Shown here: positions 30,136-40,799 of the stretch, in pieces | Position numbering within the stretch: position 1 is the first letter of the stretch | Layout: each line of letters starts with the position of its first letter | Source: an uncultured Alphaproteobacteria bacterium | Lineage (GTDB): Bacteria; Pseudomonadota; Alphaproteobacteria; Rhodobacterales; Rhodobacteraceae | DNA: 64,000 nucleotides | Assembly (NCBI GenBank): GCA_902596985.1 | Contig: CACJWR010000004.1 | Coordinates: forward strand, 2,492-66,491 | Reading direction: 5' to 3' | The notes under the pieces: model-generated | Told to the model about the DNA's origin: nothing | Database searches by the model: none | Seen by the model: the letters and a program-made list of their open reading frames with translations, nothing else | Program-made: the position numbers and the translations under genes

Positions 30136-31089
30136 CTATTTCGCTACAGCTCTCAATAGCCTATCGTTTATCGCTGCTCCTACACCAATTGATGGTATAG
30201 GAGCTACTTTTATAGGAACTCCACCTTTCGCTTCGCTCATTCGATCTAAAATATGAAGAAAAGTGAAAAGGTTTTTTGCGGCTTCCTCTAGGTTCTTTGA
30301 CTCAGTTAGTGTTAATCCATCAATTTCTTTTGGATGAGGCCCAAAGCTCAAAAAAATATCCCCTCTATTAGGTTTATTTTGATTAAGGAGCAATTTAGCA
30401 TCTGGTGAATAGTGCTTTAACAATTGTCCCGGACTTTTTATCTGTTTTTCTGATGGCAAGCTGGGGGCAATTTCATATTCTAAGCAACTAGATATTTCAT
30501 CCAGCGTAATATTTCCAAGTCTAAGAATGCAAGGTTTTTCTACTGAGCAGTCAACTACTGTGCTTTCTAGTCCTAGTTCGGCATCACCTCCATTGAGAAT
30601 AGCATCTATGCTATTGTTTAATTTAGCAAATACATCTCTCGGACTTGTACAGGTAAGCTTCCCTGATTTATTCGCTGAAGGCGCAGCTATGGGTTTCTCT
30701 AACTCCCGTATCAACTTGCTCGCAATAATGTTACTCGGACATCTTAAAGCTATGGTTTCTAGTTTCGCAGTAGCGGCTTCTACCACTTTCGATTTTTTCT
30801 TTTTTACTATTATGGTTAAGGGTCCAGGCCAATACTTTTTTACAAGTTTTTCAGCTGTGTAATTGAAAATCCCATATTCTTTTGCCATGTCGTAGCTAGA
30901 CACGTGAATAATTAGCGGGTTGAAACTAGGCCGTCTTTTTATTTCATATAATTTTGTTACAGCCTCTTTTGAGAAGGCATTTGCACCGAGTCCATAAACT
31001 GTCTCTGTGGGGAACGCAACAATACCATTACTAGTTAGAATCTCGGCTGCTTCTTTAATACCTTCAAGACTATTTTCAATTATCTTCAT
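30136..31089 (-). CDS. sua5: L-threonylcarbamoyladenylate synthase (Sua5 type)
   Basis: FPTETVYGLG, KRRPSFNPLIIH, PGPLT, AAPSAN, ESTV and SPGQLLKHYSP motifs, plus a SUA5 C-terminal domain. Confidence 0.93.
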   Translation of the reverse strand: MKIIENSLEGIKEAAEILTSNGIVAFPTETVYGLGANAFSKEAVTKLYEIKRRPSFNPLIIHVSSYDMAKEYGIFNYTAEKLVKKYWPGPLTIIVKKKKSKVVEAATAKLETIALRCPSNIIASKLIRELEKPIAAPSANKSGKLTCTSPRDVFAKLNNSIDAILNGGDAELGLESTVVDCSVEKPCILRLGNITLDEISSCLEYEIAPSLPSEKQIKSPGQLLKHYSPDAKLLLNQNKPNRGDIFLSFGPHPKEIDGLTLTESKNLEEAAKNLFTFLHILDRMSEAKGGVPIKVAPIPSIGVGAAINDRLLRAVAK

Positions 31090-31172
31090 TTGGACAATAT
31101 GACATGTTGATTTGTAGAATTTTAAATACTAGAGTTCATTTATTAAATCAATTCATTAAAGAGTAAGAAAGA

Positions 31173-32915
31173 ATGAGTTATATCGCTCCAATAGATGAAA
31201 CAAAGTTTTGGCTATATGAAATACTGGAAGCAGAGAGGCTGTTCTCTCTTTCAAATTTCCAAGGTTTAAAGGAAGACGATTTAAATCTAATTCTTAGTGA
31301 GGCTGCTAAAATCACATCAGAAAGTATTTATCCTCTCAATCAGAAATCAGACCAAAGTCCTGCAAAACTAGAAAATGGAGTATGTCGAACAACGCCGGGC
31401 TTTGCAGAGGCATACAAGCTTTTGATTCAAGGTGGCTGGGCAGGTATTTCTGGTTCTCAGAAATATGGTGGGATGGGCTTACCATCCATAGTAACAAGTT
31501 GCTTCAATGAATATTTTGGCAGCGCATGCCTTTCATTTTCGTTATTGTTTTTAATGAATCAAGGCCAGATCGACGCTCTGGAAAATCATGCTAACGAGGA
31601 CATAAAAAATATCTTTTTACCAAAATTAAATTCTGGGGAATGGACTGGTACTATGAATTTAACAGAGCCACACGCAGGCTCAGATGTCGGCGCGTTAACA
31701 ACTAAAGCAGAAAAGAATAGTGATGGGTCTTATGCGATTACTGGCCAGAAAATTTATATTAGTTGGGGTGAACATGATTTATCAAATAATATATGTCATT
31801 TAGTTCTGGCAAGATTACCAAACTCTCCAAAAGGATCAAAGGGCGTTTCCCTTTTTATTGTGCCAAAGTATATCAAAAATAAAGAGGATGAGTGGCTTTT
31901 AGAAAATAATGTCAAGGCTATTTCGGTCGAAAAGAAAATGGGGATGCATGGATCTCCAACGGCTGTAATTGAGTATAGACAATCACGAGGTTGGCTAGTT
32001 GGTGATGAAAATGCTGGGCTACACGCAATGTTTACGATGATGAATAATGCTAGGCTGGGTGTTGGGATCGAAGGCTTGTCACAGTGCGAATTAGCCACCC
32101 AAAAAGCTTTAGAATTTGCTAGAAACCGAAAACAGGGTCATGCAAAAATTGAGAATAGGAAAGGTGTAATTCTCGATCATCCAGATGTGAGAAGAATGCT
32201 CATAACAATGAAATCGCTAACAGCAGCTGTTAGGGCTTTATGTCTTGACGCTGCACTTTCTCTGGATCTTTCTAAGTCAAATGACAAACAAACTGCGAGC
32301 AGAGAGAATGCAAGGGCCTCATTTTTAATTCCAATAGCTAAAGCGTTTTCTACAGATATTGGGTGTCGAGTAGCTGATATTGGCATACAAGTGCATGGAG
32401 GGATGGGTTACGTGGAAGAAACTGGTGTAGCACAGGTTTTACGTGATGTCAGAGTAACTGCTATTTATGAAGGGACCAATGGCATCCAAGCTATTGATCT
32501 TGTAGGAAGAAAATTGGCTGATAGCGGGAAAGCTGCCAATGGGCTAATTGATGAGATGAAATTAACAATTAGCAAATGTAGTAATCATGAAGACCAACAA
32601 ATAAGGGAGATGGGAACTAGATTATCTAAATCCTTGGTATGTTTGGAGAGCACCTTAAATTGGATGCTAAAACAAGAAGATTTTAATAATAGACTTGCAG
32701 GTGCAACTCCATTTTTACAGGCTTTTGGAATGATTTTAGGTGCAAATTATTTAGTTAAGGCAGCAATGAAAACTGACGAATTAGATAGAAAATCACTAGC
32801 TCAATTTTACTGTGTAAATATTCTTCCAGAAATGGAAGCGTATGGAGTTATAAGTCAAAGTGGACAGAAATCGCTTTATAATTTTACCGATAATTTTTTT
32901 GGGTTTTCTCAGTAA
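31173..32915 (+). CDS. Acyl-CoA dehydrogenase (DmdC-like subfamily)
   Basis: GTMNLTEPHAGSDV, GQKIYISWGEHD, MFTMMNNARL, IQVHGGMG and IYEGTNGIQA motifs. Confidence 0.9.
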   Translation: MSYIAPIDETKFWLYEILEAERLFSLSNFQGLKEDDLNLILSEAAKITSESIYPLNQKSDQSPAKLENGVCRTTPGFAEAYKLLIQGGWAGISGSQKYGGMGLPSIVTSCFNEYFGSACLSFSLLFLMNQGQIDALENHANEDIKNIFLPKLNSGEWTGTMNLTEPHAGSDVGALTTKAEKNSDGSYAITGQKIYISWGEHDLSNNICHLVLARLPNSPKGSKGVSLFIVPKYIKNKEDEWLLENNVKAISVEKKMGMHGSPTAVIEYRQSRGWLVGDENAGLHAMFTMMNNARLGVGIEGLSQCELATQKALEFARNRKQGHAKIENRKGVILDHPDVRRMLITMKSLTAAVRALCLDAALSLDLSKSNDKQTASRENARASFLIPIAKAFSTDIGCRVADIGIQVHGGMGYVEETGVAQVLRDVRVTAIYEGTNGIQAIDLVGRKLADSGKAANGLIDEMKLTISKCSNHEDQQIREMGTRLSKSLVCLESTLNWMLKQEDFNNRLAGATPFLQAFGMILGANYLVKAAMKTDELDRKSLAQFYCVNILPEMEAYGVISQSGQKSLYNFTDNFFGFSQ

Positions 32916-33952
32916 TGAAAAATATAGAGTTTGTTTTTCAGGAAAGTCCTGAAGCTGGGAAACTATATGAGATCACTGAAGGCGTATATTGGTTTCCAAT
33001 GCCGTTGCCTATGATGGGACCCGACTATGTAAACTGCTACATTTTAGATAATGGGCAAGAAATAGCATTGGTAGACACAGGTGCAAACATTGGAGATTGT
33101 AAGAATATATGGGAAAATACTCTTAAAAAAAATTTTCCAAAAAAAAAAATAAGTAATGTATACGTAACACACCATCATCCTGATCATATCGGTTTGGCTG
33201 GGTGGCTGTGCGAGAAGTACGATACTGAAATGATTTGCTCTCGTACTGCCTATCTAATGGCTAAAATGCTTTCTCTAGATGTACACGAAAGGGTTAGTGC
33301 GAATACAGAGCTTTTTTGGAAGCAGGCAGGTATGTCTCAACAAATGCTTAAAGAAAAACTTAGAGCTAGGCCTTTTAATTTTGGAGATGGTGTTTCACCG
33401 CTAAATAAAGGTTTCATAAGAATAAGTGAAAATGAGATAATTACTATAAATGGGGTCGACTGGACAGTAAGCATGGGAAATGGGCACGCTCCTGAGCATG
33501 CAACTTTTTGGTCCAAAGAGTTAAATATGGTTCTTGCAGGTGATCAGGTGTTACCTGGAATCTCATCTAACCTAGGTGTTTATCCTACAGAACCGAACGC
33601 AGACACTGTAGGTGATTGGATAAACAGCTGTAAGAAATTTTTCGAGCTTGCTAGTGATGAGCATGTAGTATTACCTGGTCACGGCAAACCATTCTCTGGA
33701 CTACCCCGAAGACTATTGCAGTTAATTGAAAACCATGAAGCTGCGCTTAAAAGGATCAAGAAAGCCTTGGAAGCTGAACCAAAAACTGCTGTGGAGCTGT
33801 TCAAGACAATATTTAAAAGGGATATTAATAAAAGAGAATATATGTTAGCATTACACGAAGCGGTCGGACATGTTAATCACCTCTATAAAACTGGATTAGT
33901 TAATAGGCGTATTAGTCAAGACGGCGCATTTATTTTTGAATTGATAAGATAA
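32915..33952 (+). CDS. MBL-fold metallo-hydrolase
   Basis: THHHPDH, GHAPEH, GDQVL and PGHG metal motifs; TAATG overlap with the upstream gene. Confidence 0.9.
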   Translation: MKNIEFVFQESPEAGKLYEITEGVYWFPMPLPMMGPDYVNCYILDNGQEIALVDTGANIGDCKNIWENTLKKNFPKKKISNVYVTHHHPDHIGLAGWLCEKYDTEMICSRTAYLMAKMLSLDVHERVSANTELFWKQAGMSQQMLKEKLRARPFNFGDGVSPLNKGFIRISENEIITINGVDWTVSMGNGHAPEHATFWSKELNMVLAGDQVLPGISSNLGVYPTEPNADTVGDWINSCKKFFELASDEHVVLPGHGKPFSGLPRRLLQLIENHEAALKRIKKALEAEPKTAVELFKTIFKRDINKREYMLALHEAVGHVNHLYKTGLVNRRISQDGAFIFELIR

Positions 33953-33967
33953 CTAGGAGTGCTACAC

Positions 33968-34099
33968 ATGAATTATAAAAAAGGTGAGATGGATATAGAA
34001 GAGCAAAAGAAAATTTACTCTGGTTTCATAAGGTTTTTATTTGCCATAGTGGCATTTTCAACATTTGCATTGATTTTTCTAGCAGTTTTCAATTCGTAG
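33968..34099 (+). CDS. ctaH: aa3-type cytochrome c oxidase subunit IV (43 aa, absent from the ORF track)
   Basis: MNYKKGEMDIEEQKKIYSGFIRFLFAIVAFSTFALIFLAVFNS matches the G-x-MDI-x2-Q-x3-(Y/F)-x-GF pattern plus one TM helix. GGAG ribosome-binding site at 33956-33959. Confidence 0.88.
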   Translation: MNYKKGEMDIEEQKKIYSGFIRFLFAIVAFSTFALIFLAVFNS

Positions 34100-34113
34100 T
34101 CGTAGATCTAAGT

Positions 34114-34320
34114 TTACAGAAGGCCTTCTCTTATCATTTTCTTTCTAGCTAACTTTCTTGCCCTTCTGACAGCTTCAGCTTTCTCTCTGGCTTTTTTTAC
34201 AGATGGCTTTTCAAAATGCTGTTTGAGTTTCATTTCCCTGAAAACTCCCTCTCGTTGTAGTTTTTTTTTCAGGGCTCTTAAAGCTTGTTCTATATTGTTA
34301 TCTCTTACGTTTACTTGCAC
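34114..34320 (-). CDS. rpsU: 30S ribosomal protein S21
   Basis: [31 protein letters not shown]...FEKPS; GTG start. Confidence 0.97.
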   Translation of the reverse strand: MQVNVRDNNIEQALRALKKKLQREGVFREMKLKQHFEKPSVKKAREKAEAVRRARKLARKKMIREGLL

Positions 34321-34412
34321 GCATAAATCCTTATAAAGTTTTGAATGTGATTGTTATCAAGACAGTCAGTGCTTGTCTACAAAAATAATGATTAAATAAG
34401 GAAAAAGAAGAT

Positions 34413-35396
34413 ATGAAAGCAGTAATTATTCAAAAGTTTGGAGATTTGGAGGGGTCAAGTTTAAAAACAGGCATAGATATCCCGACACCAAGTGAACACG
34501 AGGTATTAATAAAAGTAAAAGCTGCTGGGGTAAATCGCCCCGATATTTTACAAAGACAAGGGTTATATAAAGTGCCTAGCGACGCTAGCCCAATCATGGG
34601 ATTGGAGGTTGCTGGAGAGATAGTAGAGGCTGGAGTGAATGTAACAAAAACGAAGATAGGAACACAAGTGTGTGCATTGGTACCCGGAGGTGGCTACGCA
34701 CAATATGTTCTTACGAACGAAGCGCACTGTTTTCCAATTCCTAAGGGTTTATCGATGGAGGAAGCTGCAGGCTTATGTGAGTGTCTTTTCACAGTTTGGA
34801 TTAACGTGGTGAAGTTAGGCCAATTAAAAGAAAATGAAATATTTCTTGTCCATGGTGGTTCAAGTGGTATAGGAATGTTTGCAATCCAAGTGGCAAAGCA
34901 ATTGGGAGCAACGGTGCTGACGACAGTAAAAAACAAAGAAAAGTCAGATTTTTGTTATTCGTTGGGAGCTGATAAAGTTGTCCAATATTCCAAACAAGAC
35001 TTTTATAATATTTTTAAAAGTTATAAAAAGGGACGAGATATAGATCTCATTTTAGATATGATTGGAGGTGACTATTTTGAAAAAAATATTGACCTTTTAA
35101 ATCAAGAAGGAAGGCTGGTAAATATTGCTTTTCTAAAAGGTAATTCTGTAAAACTAGACTTAAGTAAATTGATGATGAAGAGAATTAATTTAACCGGCTC
35201 CACTCTCAGACCTAGAACGACTGAATTTAAAAGTAAAATCGCAGAAGAATTGCGAGAGACTGTTTGGCCATTATTGGATAAACAAAAGATTAAAGTTCAC
35301 GTAGACTCTATATTTCCATTAGAAAAATTCAAAGATGCTCATATCCGGATGGAAAATGGAAATCATTTGGGTAAGATTATATTAAGTCTTGATTGA
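34413..35396 (+). CDS. NAD(P)H-quinone oxidoreductase (PIG3 family)
   Basis: AAGVNRPDILQR, GLEVAG, GGYAQY, VHGGSSGIG and GSTLRPR motifs. Confidence 0.9.
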   Translation: MKAVIIQKFGDLEGSSLKTGIDIPTPSEHEVLIKVKAAGVNRPDILQRQGLYKVPSDASPIMGLEVAGEIVEAGVNVTKTKIGTQVCALVPGGGYAQYVLTNEAHCFPIPKGLSMEEAAGLCECLFTVWINVVKLGQLKENEIFLVHGGSSGIGMFAIQVAKQLGATVLTTVKNKEKSDFCYSLGADKVVQYSKQDFYNIFKSYKKGRDIDLILDMIGGDYFEKNIDLLNQEGRLVNIAFLKGNSVKLDLSKLMMKRINLTGSTLRPRTTEFKSKIAEELRETVWPLLDKQKIKVHVDSIFPLEKFKDAHIRMENGNHLGKIILSLD

Positions 35397-35467
35397 CAGT
35401 GGATTTTTTTTGTATAAGCAAGATTAGATAAACGCTGATAGCAAATTAAATTGTTAGAGAGGAATGG

Positions 35468-36088
35468 ATGGAATACCCACTTATGAGGAAAGCTACAGCT
35501 GTTTGGCTGTTAGACAATACGACACTTACTTTTAGGCAAATAGCGAACTTTTGTGGGCTTCACGAATTAGAAATTAGTGGGATTGCCGACGGCGAGGTAG
35601 CTGGTGGTATTCGTGGAATTGACCCCATTATCAATAGTCAACTCACAGCAGATGAGATAAAGAAGTGTGAAGCAAATGAAGACCTAGATCTTCAGCTTTA
35701 CAAGAACCCAGCTGCGGTTGGAGAGAAAAGATCTAGGGGGCCTAAGTACACGCCTCTTTCTAAAAGACAAGATAAACCAGCAGCCATAGCCTGGCTTGTG
35801 AAATTTCATCCAGATATGACTGACGGACAAATTTCCAGACTAATCGGTACTACAAAAAATACAATTAAGGCTATAAGGGAAAGAACTCACTGGAATATAA
35901 ATAACCTGACACCAACTGATCCAGTGATATTAGGGCTCTGCAAGCAAGTAGAGCTCCAGAAAGTACTAGATAAGATGCCCAAAAAACAATCTAATGAAGC
36001 TCAGGTCAATGAGATTCTTGAAACAGAAATAGGAGTTGCAGAACCTTCCCAAGCTCTATTTGATCAAAATACTGATAAAAAACATTAA
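35468..36088 (+). CDS. trcR: DUF1013 family protein (TrcR-like transcriptional regulator)
   Basis: PLMRKATAVWLLDNTTLTFRQIA, YTPLSKRQDKP, IGTTK and RTHWN motifs. Confidence 0.88.
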   Translation: MEYPLMRKATAVWLLDNTTLTFRQIANFCGLHELEISGIADGEVAGGIRGIDPIINSQLTADEIKKCEANEDLDLQLYKNPAAVGEKRSRGPKYTPLSKRQDKPAAIAWLVKFHPDMTDGQISRLIGTTKNTIKAIRERTHWNINNLTPTDPVILGLCKQVELQKVLDKMPKKQSNEAQVNEILETEIGVAEPSQALFDQNTDKKH

Positions 36089-36108
36089 AGAAGGTGAGGG
36101 TAAGGTAT

Positions 36109-36915
36109 TTAGTAGGCTGCCTTCTCTAGTTTATTCAAAATAGATCGCCCCCCATCAATTGTGATTACCTGCCCTGTTAGGAAGCTAGCACCCTCAGATG
36201 ACAAAAATAGAGCAAGTTCTGCTACTTCTTCGGGTTCAGCTATATACCCCAATGGGGTTGCATCAATTATTGAGTCTTGTAATTCAGGATTGCTATGAAG
36301 GTTTAATCGTAAACTTGAACTCATAATACTACCAAGAGATATAGCATTTACTCTGATTCCATTTTTTGCAAGCGATACGGCAAGTGATTTAGTCAATTGG
36401 TTCAAGGCTGCGCAACTTACCGAGTATGGCATCATGTCGGGTATTGTTTGATTAGCAGCTATAGAGGTCAAATTTATTATCGAACCAACAATTTCGCTAT
36501 TTTTTCTATTTTTAGTCTGCTTAATTACTGACTTTGCAAAAAGTTGACTTACGTTCAAGGTTGCGATTAGATTTTGAGAGATAGACTTCTCGAGAGCTCC
36601 CCCTTTTTCATCCAATGGGTTTGAAGGGATAATAGTTCGATTAGCATTGACCAAAATATCTACTTTTTCATATTTATTTAATGTTGTTGCAATTAGATTA
36701 TTGATAGCCAGTTTATCTTGCATATTTCCATAAAAAGAGTGGGCACTTCCAGGATCTATGGTAACTCCAGAGATTATGTTTTCGAGATCAAATTTAACAT
36801 AATCTGAAAAAACAACATTTGCTCCTGCCAAAAGAAATTTTTTTCCAATTTCCATCCCTATTCCATTTGACGCTCCCGTAATGATGGCAGTTTTATTCTG
36901 TAAGTAGTTAAGCAT
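36109..36915 (-). CDS. SDR family oxidoreductase
   Basis: TGASNGIG, RVNAI and FLTGQVITIDGG motifs. YSVSC stands in place of YxxxK. Confidence 0.85.
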   Translation of the reverse strand: MLNYLQNKTAIITGASNGIGMEIGKKFLLAGANVVFSDYVKFDLENIISGVTIDPGSAHSFYGNMQDKLAINNLIATTLNKYEKVDILVNANRTIIPSNPLDEKGGALEKSISQNLIATLNVSQLFAKSVIKQTKNRKNSEIVGSIINLTSIAANQTIPDMMPYSVSCAALNQLTKSLAVSLAKNGIRVNAISLGSIMSSSLRLNLHSNPELQDSIIDATPLGYIAEPEEVAELALFLSSEGASFLTGQVITIDGGRSILNKLEKAAY

Positions 36916-36919
36916 ACTG

Positions 36920-37933
36920 TTACCTCTCGGTTTTTGGTTTTAGTAATTGACAAACAAAATAGTGATTATCTTTGTGCAAAATCTTAATATTATCGAAGTA
37001 ATTTTGAAGTTCATTTTCCAAATATACGCCTGAGACAAAAACCATCCAAACACTACCATGATCTGTTATTAACCTGGCGCTGTGAAAGATAAAGGATCTT
37101 AGTAAATCCATATCTTTAAGTCGTCCAGAGTGAAAAGGAGGATTGCAAATCACATGATTAAATCGTGCGTTTAAGTTTTTTATATTATCCAGACTAGCCC
37201 ATCTAAATTTTGCTCGTTCATCATTAATGTTCTTTTTTGATGCAAGATATGCAGAATAATTACTTTCGAATAACGTAACTTTTGTAATTTTATCATTTAA
37301 CCTAAGCGCTTCTTTACTCAAATATCCCCATCCAGCCCCTAAGTCAGCAACTTCTCCAAATAATTTTGCGTTGAATGCAGAGGTCAGTTTTTTAGAACCT
37401 TTATCTATCTCCTTTGGAGAAAACATATCGCATCGGGTATAATAGCCATCTCTATTTTTATGAAAATCTTGATATTTTTTCCAGTGGCTAAATATTTGTT
37501 TTTTTTTTTGGTATATTGCTATCCTACCCTTTTTTTTTATCATCGTTTTCTCTGCTGGCCAGTGGCTAGAGATCGTTTTGAGAAAACTTTTGACGCCAAT
37601 TTGATTATCACCGTTTATAATAACCTCTCCTTTATCCTTTATATACTCCTCAGCCAAGGCTATAAGGCCCAAATTGGTTTCTTTGCTTTTTGTCAGCTCG
37701 AGAATTATGATGTCGTAATAGTGTTGCAAAATGGTAGAAATCACAAAACCTAAACTTTTAGCTTCTCTCAAAATATCTTTTACATTTGAAATAAAGTGGC
37801 ACAAATCTTTATTCTGTAAGCAGTTGAAGTTTTGTGGTCGATCAGATCCTATAATAGCTACTTTTTGGCCTGAATAAGATGGTGCTACTTGGCTCCAAAA
37901 TGTTTCAAACCTTTGCCTTGCCAGACTATGCAA
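36920..37933 (-). CDS. Class I SAM methyltransferase (RsmC-like)
   Basis: GDNQIGVKS, FS..IDKGS, ADLGAGWG and CNPPFH motifs; TTG start. Confidence 0.85.
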   Translation of the reverse strand: MHSLARQRFETFWSQVAPSYSGQKVAIIGSDRPQNFNCLQNKDLCHFISNVKDILREAKSLGFVISTILQHYYDIIILELTKSKETNLGLIALAEEYIKDKGEVIINGDNQIGVKSFLKTISSHWPAEKTMIKKKGRIAIYQKKKQIFSHWKKYQDFHKNRDGYYTRCDMFSPKEIDKGSKKLTSAFNAKLFGEVADLGAGWGYLSKEALRLNDKITKVTLFESNYSAYLASKKNINDERAKFRWASLDNIKNLNARFNHVICNPPFHSGRLKDMDLLRSFIFHSARLITDHGSVWMVFVSGVYLENELQNYFDNIKILHKDNHYFVCQLLKPKTER

Positions 37934-37934
37934 T

Positions 37935-38264
37935 CTATTCCTTCTCCATGGTACACTGTAGTGGGTGCTGATTTTTTCTAGAATAGTCCATAACTTGAGT
38001 GACTTTGGTTTCGGCTATATCGTGAGAATACACGCCAACAACAGCAATACCCTTTTTATGCACAGTAAGCATTATCTGGACAGCTTTTTCGTGCCCAATG
38101 GCAAAAAATTTCTCTAAGACATGTACTACAAATTCCATAGGAGTGAAGTCATCATTTAGGAGTAAAACTTTATAAAGCGGAGGCTTTTTTAGCTTGCTGC
38201 GCTTTTTTACAAGCACTGACGTATCTGAAAAGTCATTGTTTATATCGTCATCTTTATTAGCCAT
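37935..38264 (-). CDS. clpS: Clp protease adapter ClpS
   Basis: [28 protein letters not shown] and HPLQCTMEK motifs. Confidence 0.96.
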   Translation of the reverse strand: MANKDDDINNDFSDTSVLVKKRSKLKKPPLYKVLLLNDDFTPMEFVVHVLEKFFAIGHEKAVQIMLTVHKKGIAVVGVYSHDIAETKVTQVMDYSRKNQHPLQCTMEKE

Positions 38265-38464
38265 TCCATTTCCCGTTTTTTTATTTCATTTTTTTTCTTA
38301 GTTCAGTCTAAGTATATTTAAAAATAAAGAAAAGTATCAACTAACATTTTCTTTTGGGACCTACAATAAATTATATTTTTAAAAATTGTTGGTCTTTCTT
38401 TATTGTATATCATAAGTGAGTATTAATTGACTAAGTTATAAAATTATTTTGGAACTATAAATAA

Positions 38465-39724
38465 ATGAAAAGAAACGCATTGGATAATTATTTTAGATCG
38501 GTGATGCATTTTATTTTTACGATCCTTGCTATATTTATCTTTGGATCGGAGCTGTCCGCTAGAACTTACGCATATGTAGTTGCTGATGCCAGGGATGGCC
38601 AGATTATAAACAGCCATAATTCGAGACAAATAGTTCACCCTGCATCACTTACAAAAATGATGACTTTATATTTAGCTTTCGATGCAATACGTTATGGACG
38701 ACTAAAGTTAGATCAAAAAGTTACTATAAGTAAAAACGCGGCATCAGAACCTCCATCAAAATTTTGGTATAAACCAGGTCAGAGGGTCTCAATAAGGTAT
38801 TTAATTAGAGCATCTGCCATAAGGTCTGCCAACGATGCAGCAACAGCGCTCGGAGAGGCTATTTCAGGTTCAGAAAAAATATTTATCAGCGATATGAATA
38901 AAGCTGCAAAAAAAATGGGTATGAATTCTACAAAATTTTTGAATGCCCATGGTTTAACAGAGGTCGGCCACTATTCGACTGCTAAAGATCTGCTAATATT
39001 AGCCCGGAGACTTATGCTAGACTATCCAGAGTACTTCAATATTTTTAGTAGATTGGAAACGTATGCTTCAGGAAGAACAATAAAAAATACAAATTATAAA
39101 TTTCTGAGGCAATATAACGGTGCGTCTGGTATTAAAACAGGTTATACAAACGCAGCAGGGCATAACTTGGCAGCATCTGCTAAAAGAGATGAAAAACAGC
39201 TTATAGGAATTATAATTGGGACTAATTCTTCTTCTGAAAGAGCAAAAAAAATGATTGGGCTTTTCGATGACGCCTTCAAAGCTATTCCTGAAAGAAAGAA
39301 ATTAAGTAAGTTAACGCCACTAAATTTGGCAAAAATCAATTCAAGTCGAAAAATAGCCACTGTCACCGTCCCTCTGGCAAAACCAAGATTATTTGAAGAT
39401 ATGCTAGAGTCACAAGGAAAAGAAAAGATCAAAGAATTACTTAAAAACTCAAATCAAACTTCAAATGAAAGTATGGAGAGAAATAATGTCAATGTACAAA
39501 TCGGAATGTACAAAACTCTTGTTTCAGCAGAGAAAGATATGCCAAATATTCTTTTGTTAAATATTGATTTGCTAGCGGATATCGATAATGGATCTATAAA
39601 AATAAGAAAGAACAAGGAAAAAAAATATTCAATTTTTGTTAATGAAATTACATATGCATTAGCCGAAAATCTCTGTGTTAGAACACAGTCCCAAGAAACT
39701 TCCTGCTCTATCTTAGCAAACTAA
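38465..39724 (+). CDS. D-alanyl-D-alanine carboxypeptidase (S11) with a degenerate SPOR-like tail
   Basis: SxxK (ASLTK), SxN (SAND) and KTG (IKTGY) motifs; C-terminal VQIG motif. Confidence 0.88.
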   Translation: MKRNALDNYFRSVMHFIFTILAIFIFGSELSARTYAYVVADARDGQIINSHNSRQIVHPASLTKMMTLYLAFDAIRYGRLKLDQKVTISKNAASEPPSKFWYKPGQRVSIRYLIRASAIRSANDAATALGEAISGSEKIFISDMNKAAKKMGMNSTKFLNAHGLTEVGHYSTAKDLLILARRLMLDYPEYFNIFSRLETYASGRTIKNTNYKFLRQYNGASGIKTGYTNAAGHNLAASAKRDEKQLIGIIIGTNSSSERAKKMIGLFDDAFKAIPERKKLSKLTPLNLAKINSSRKIATVTVPLAKPRLFEDMLESQGKEKIKELLKNSNQTSNESMERNNVNVQIGMYKTLVSAEKDMPNILLLNIDLLADIDNGSIKIRKNKEKKYSIFVNEITYALAENLCVRTQSQETSCSILAN

Positions 39725-40530
39725 TCACCATTTAAATTTAACCCAGCTAACAGCATCCTCATTTCTTGTCGAGCTGATACATGGCTAAGAGTAGGTTGCC
39801 AATCCGCCATTTTTTCGAGATCAAGTAAAGTTAATCCAGACAAAAACAATTCTTTAAATATAACTCGCTCCGAAAATCCTGTACTTAACCGAAAACCAAT
39901 TCTCTTTGAGAGATTTTTTAGAGAGTTACCAACCTGATGCTTATTTTTACTAAATACGTGTGACATCCGGTTTCTGAGTATAATCCAATCGATTGGTGGA
40001 TGTTTTGCCGATGCCCTTATTTGTCTGCATTCCCAAACCATTTCTGAATAAATCGAAGGTCCGACCACTTTTCCTGTTGACGCTTCTATCTTCGCTAAAA
40101 GATCAAAATCAATCAAACTATCATTCATCGGTGTCACTAGTATATCAGCTACGGTGTGAGCCATCTTTACGTAATTTGATATGCCCCCAGGACAGTCAAT
40201 AATTAAAAAGTCACATGTTTCTTCTAAAGTGGTTAAGGCGTCTGCAAATCTTTTCTCTTCCTCTGAATTAGACTCAGCTTTGCTGTCTTTATTAGATTGA
40301 TCAATTTTATAGAAAGTTGGTTTTGGTAAATCAGACTTTTGTTTTCTACAAAAATCAGAACGATTTTCTAAGAATCTAAACATACTTTTCTGTCTAATAT
40401 CTAGATCAATAATACCTACATTCTTATTCTGGTAACATAGAGCTATAGCCACGTGTATAGCCGTTGTCGATTTTCCAGACCCCCCTTTTTCATTACCAAA
40501 AACGATAATCTTTGCCATTTTTTCTGCCAA
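39721..40530 (-). CDS. mipZ: Division plane positioning ATPase MipZ
   Basis: GNEKGGSGKST, DLDIRQ, IDCPG, TPMNDS..DFDLL and GFSERVIF motifs. Confidence 0.9.
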   Translation of the reverse strand: MAEKMAKIIVFGNEKGGSGKSTTAIHVAIALCYQNKNVGIIDLDIRQKSMFRFLENRSDFCRKQKSDLPKPTFYKIDQSNKDSKAESNSEEEKRFADALTTLEETCDFLIIDCPGGISNYVKMAHTVADILVTPMNDSLIDFDLLAKIEASTGKVVGPSIYSEMVWECRQIRASAKHPPIDWIILRNRMSHVFSKNKHQVGNSLKNLSKRIGFRLSTGFSERVIFKELFLSGLTLLDLEKMADWQPTLSHVSARQEMRMLLAGLNLNGD

Positions 40531-40574
40531 GATTTATAGGTCTCTAGGTAGAGAATACACTAAAATAAAAGATA

Positions 40575-40796
40575 TTAGAGCTTAAACCCCTCATACTTTT
40601 TCTTAAATTTCGAAACTCTTCCACCAGTATCGAGTAGTTTTTGTGACCCTCCTGTCCATGCCGGATGAGTTAAGGGGTCTATTTCAAGATTCAGATTTTC
40701 ATCCGTTTTGCCATATGTAGACCTAGTCTTATATATCGTTCCATCCGTCATCTTTACGTTAATAAAATGGTAATCTGGGTGTATATTTCTTTTCAT
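40575..40796 (-). CDS. rpmE: 50S ribosomal protein L31
   Basis: IHPDYH, HPAWTGG and GRVSKF motifs; no Zn-binding cysteines. Confidence 0.96.
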   Translation of the reverse strand: MKRNIHPDYHFINVKMTDGTIYKTRSTYGKTDENLNLEIDPLTHPAWTGGSQKLLDTGGRVSKFKKKYEGFKL

Positions 40797-40799
40797 TTT

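Noticed and set aside
33139..33149. A11 homopolymer in the MBL gene (and T11 near 37499-37509) as phase-variation tracts
   Set aside because: Both frames are intact, and long A/T runs encoding Lys are common throughout this AT-rich sequence.
35393..35420. TTGACA boxes upstream of trcR (and of topA at 51340-51345)
   Set aside because: The best -10-like hexamers are only 14 nt away in both cases. They may be promoters but cannot be called reliably.
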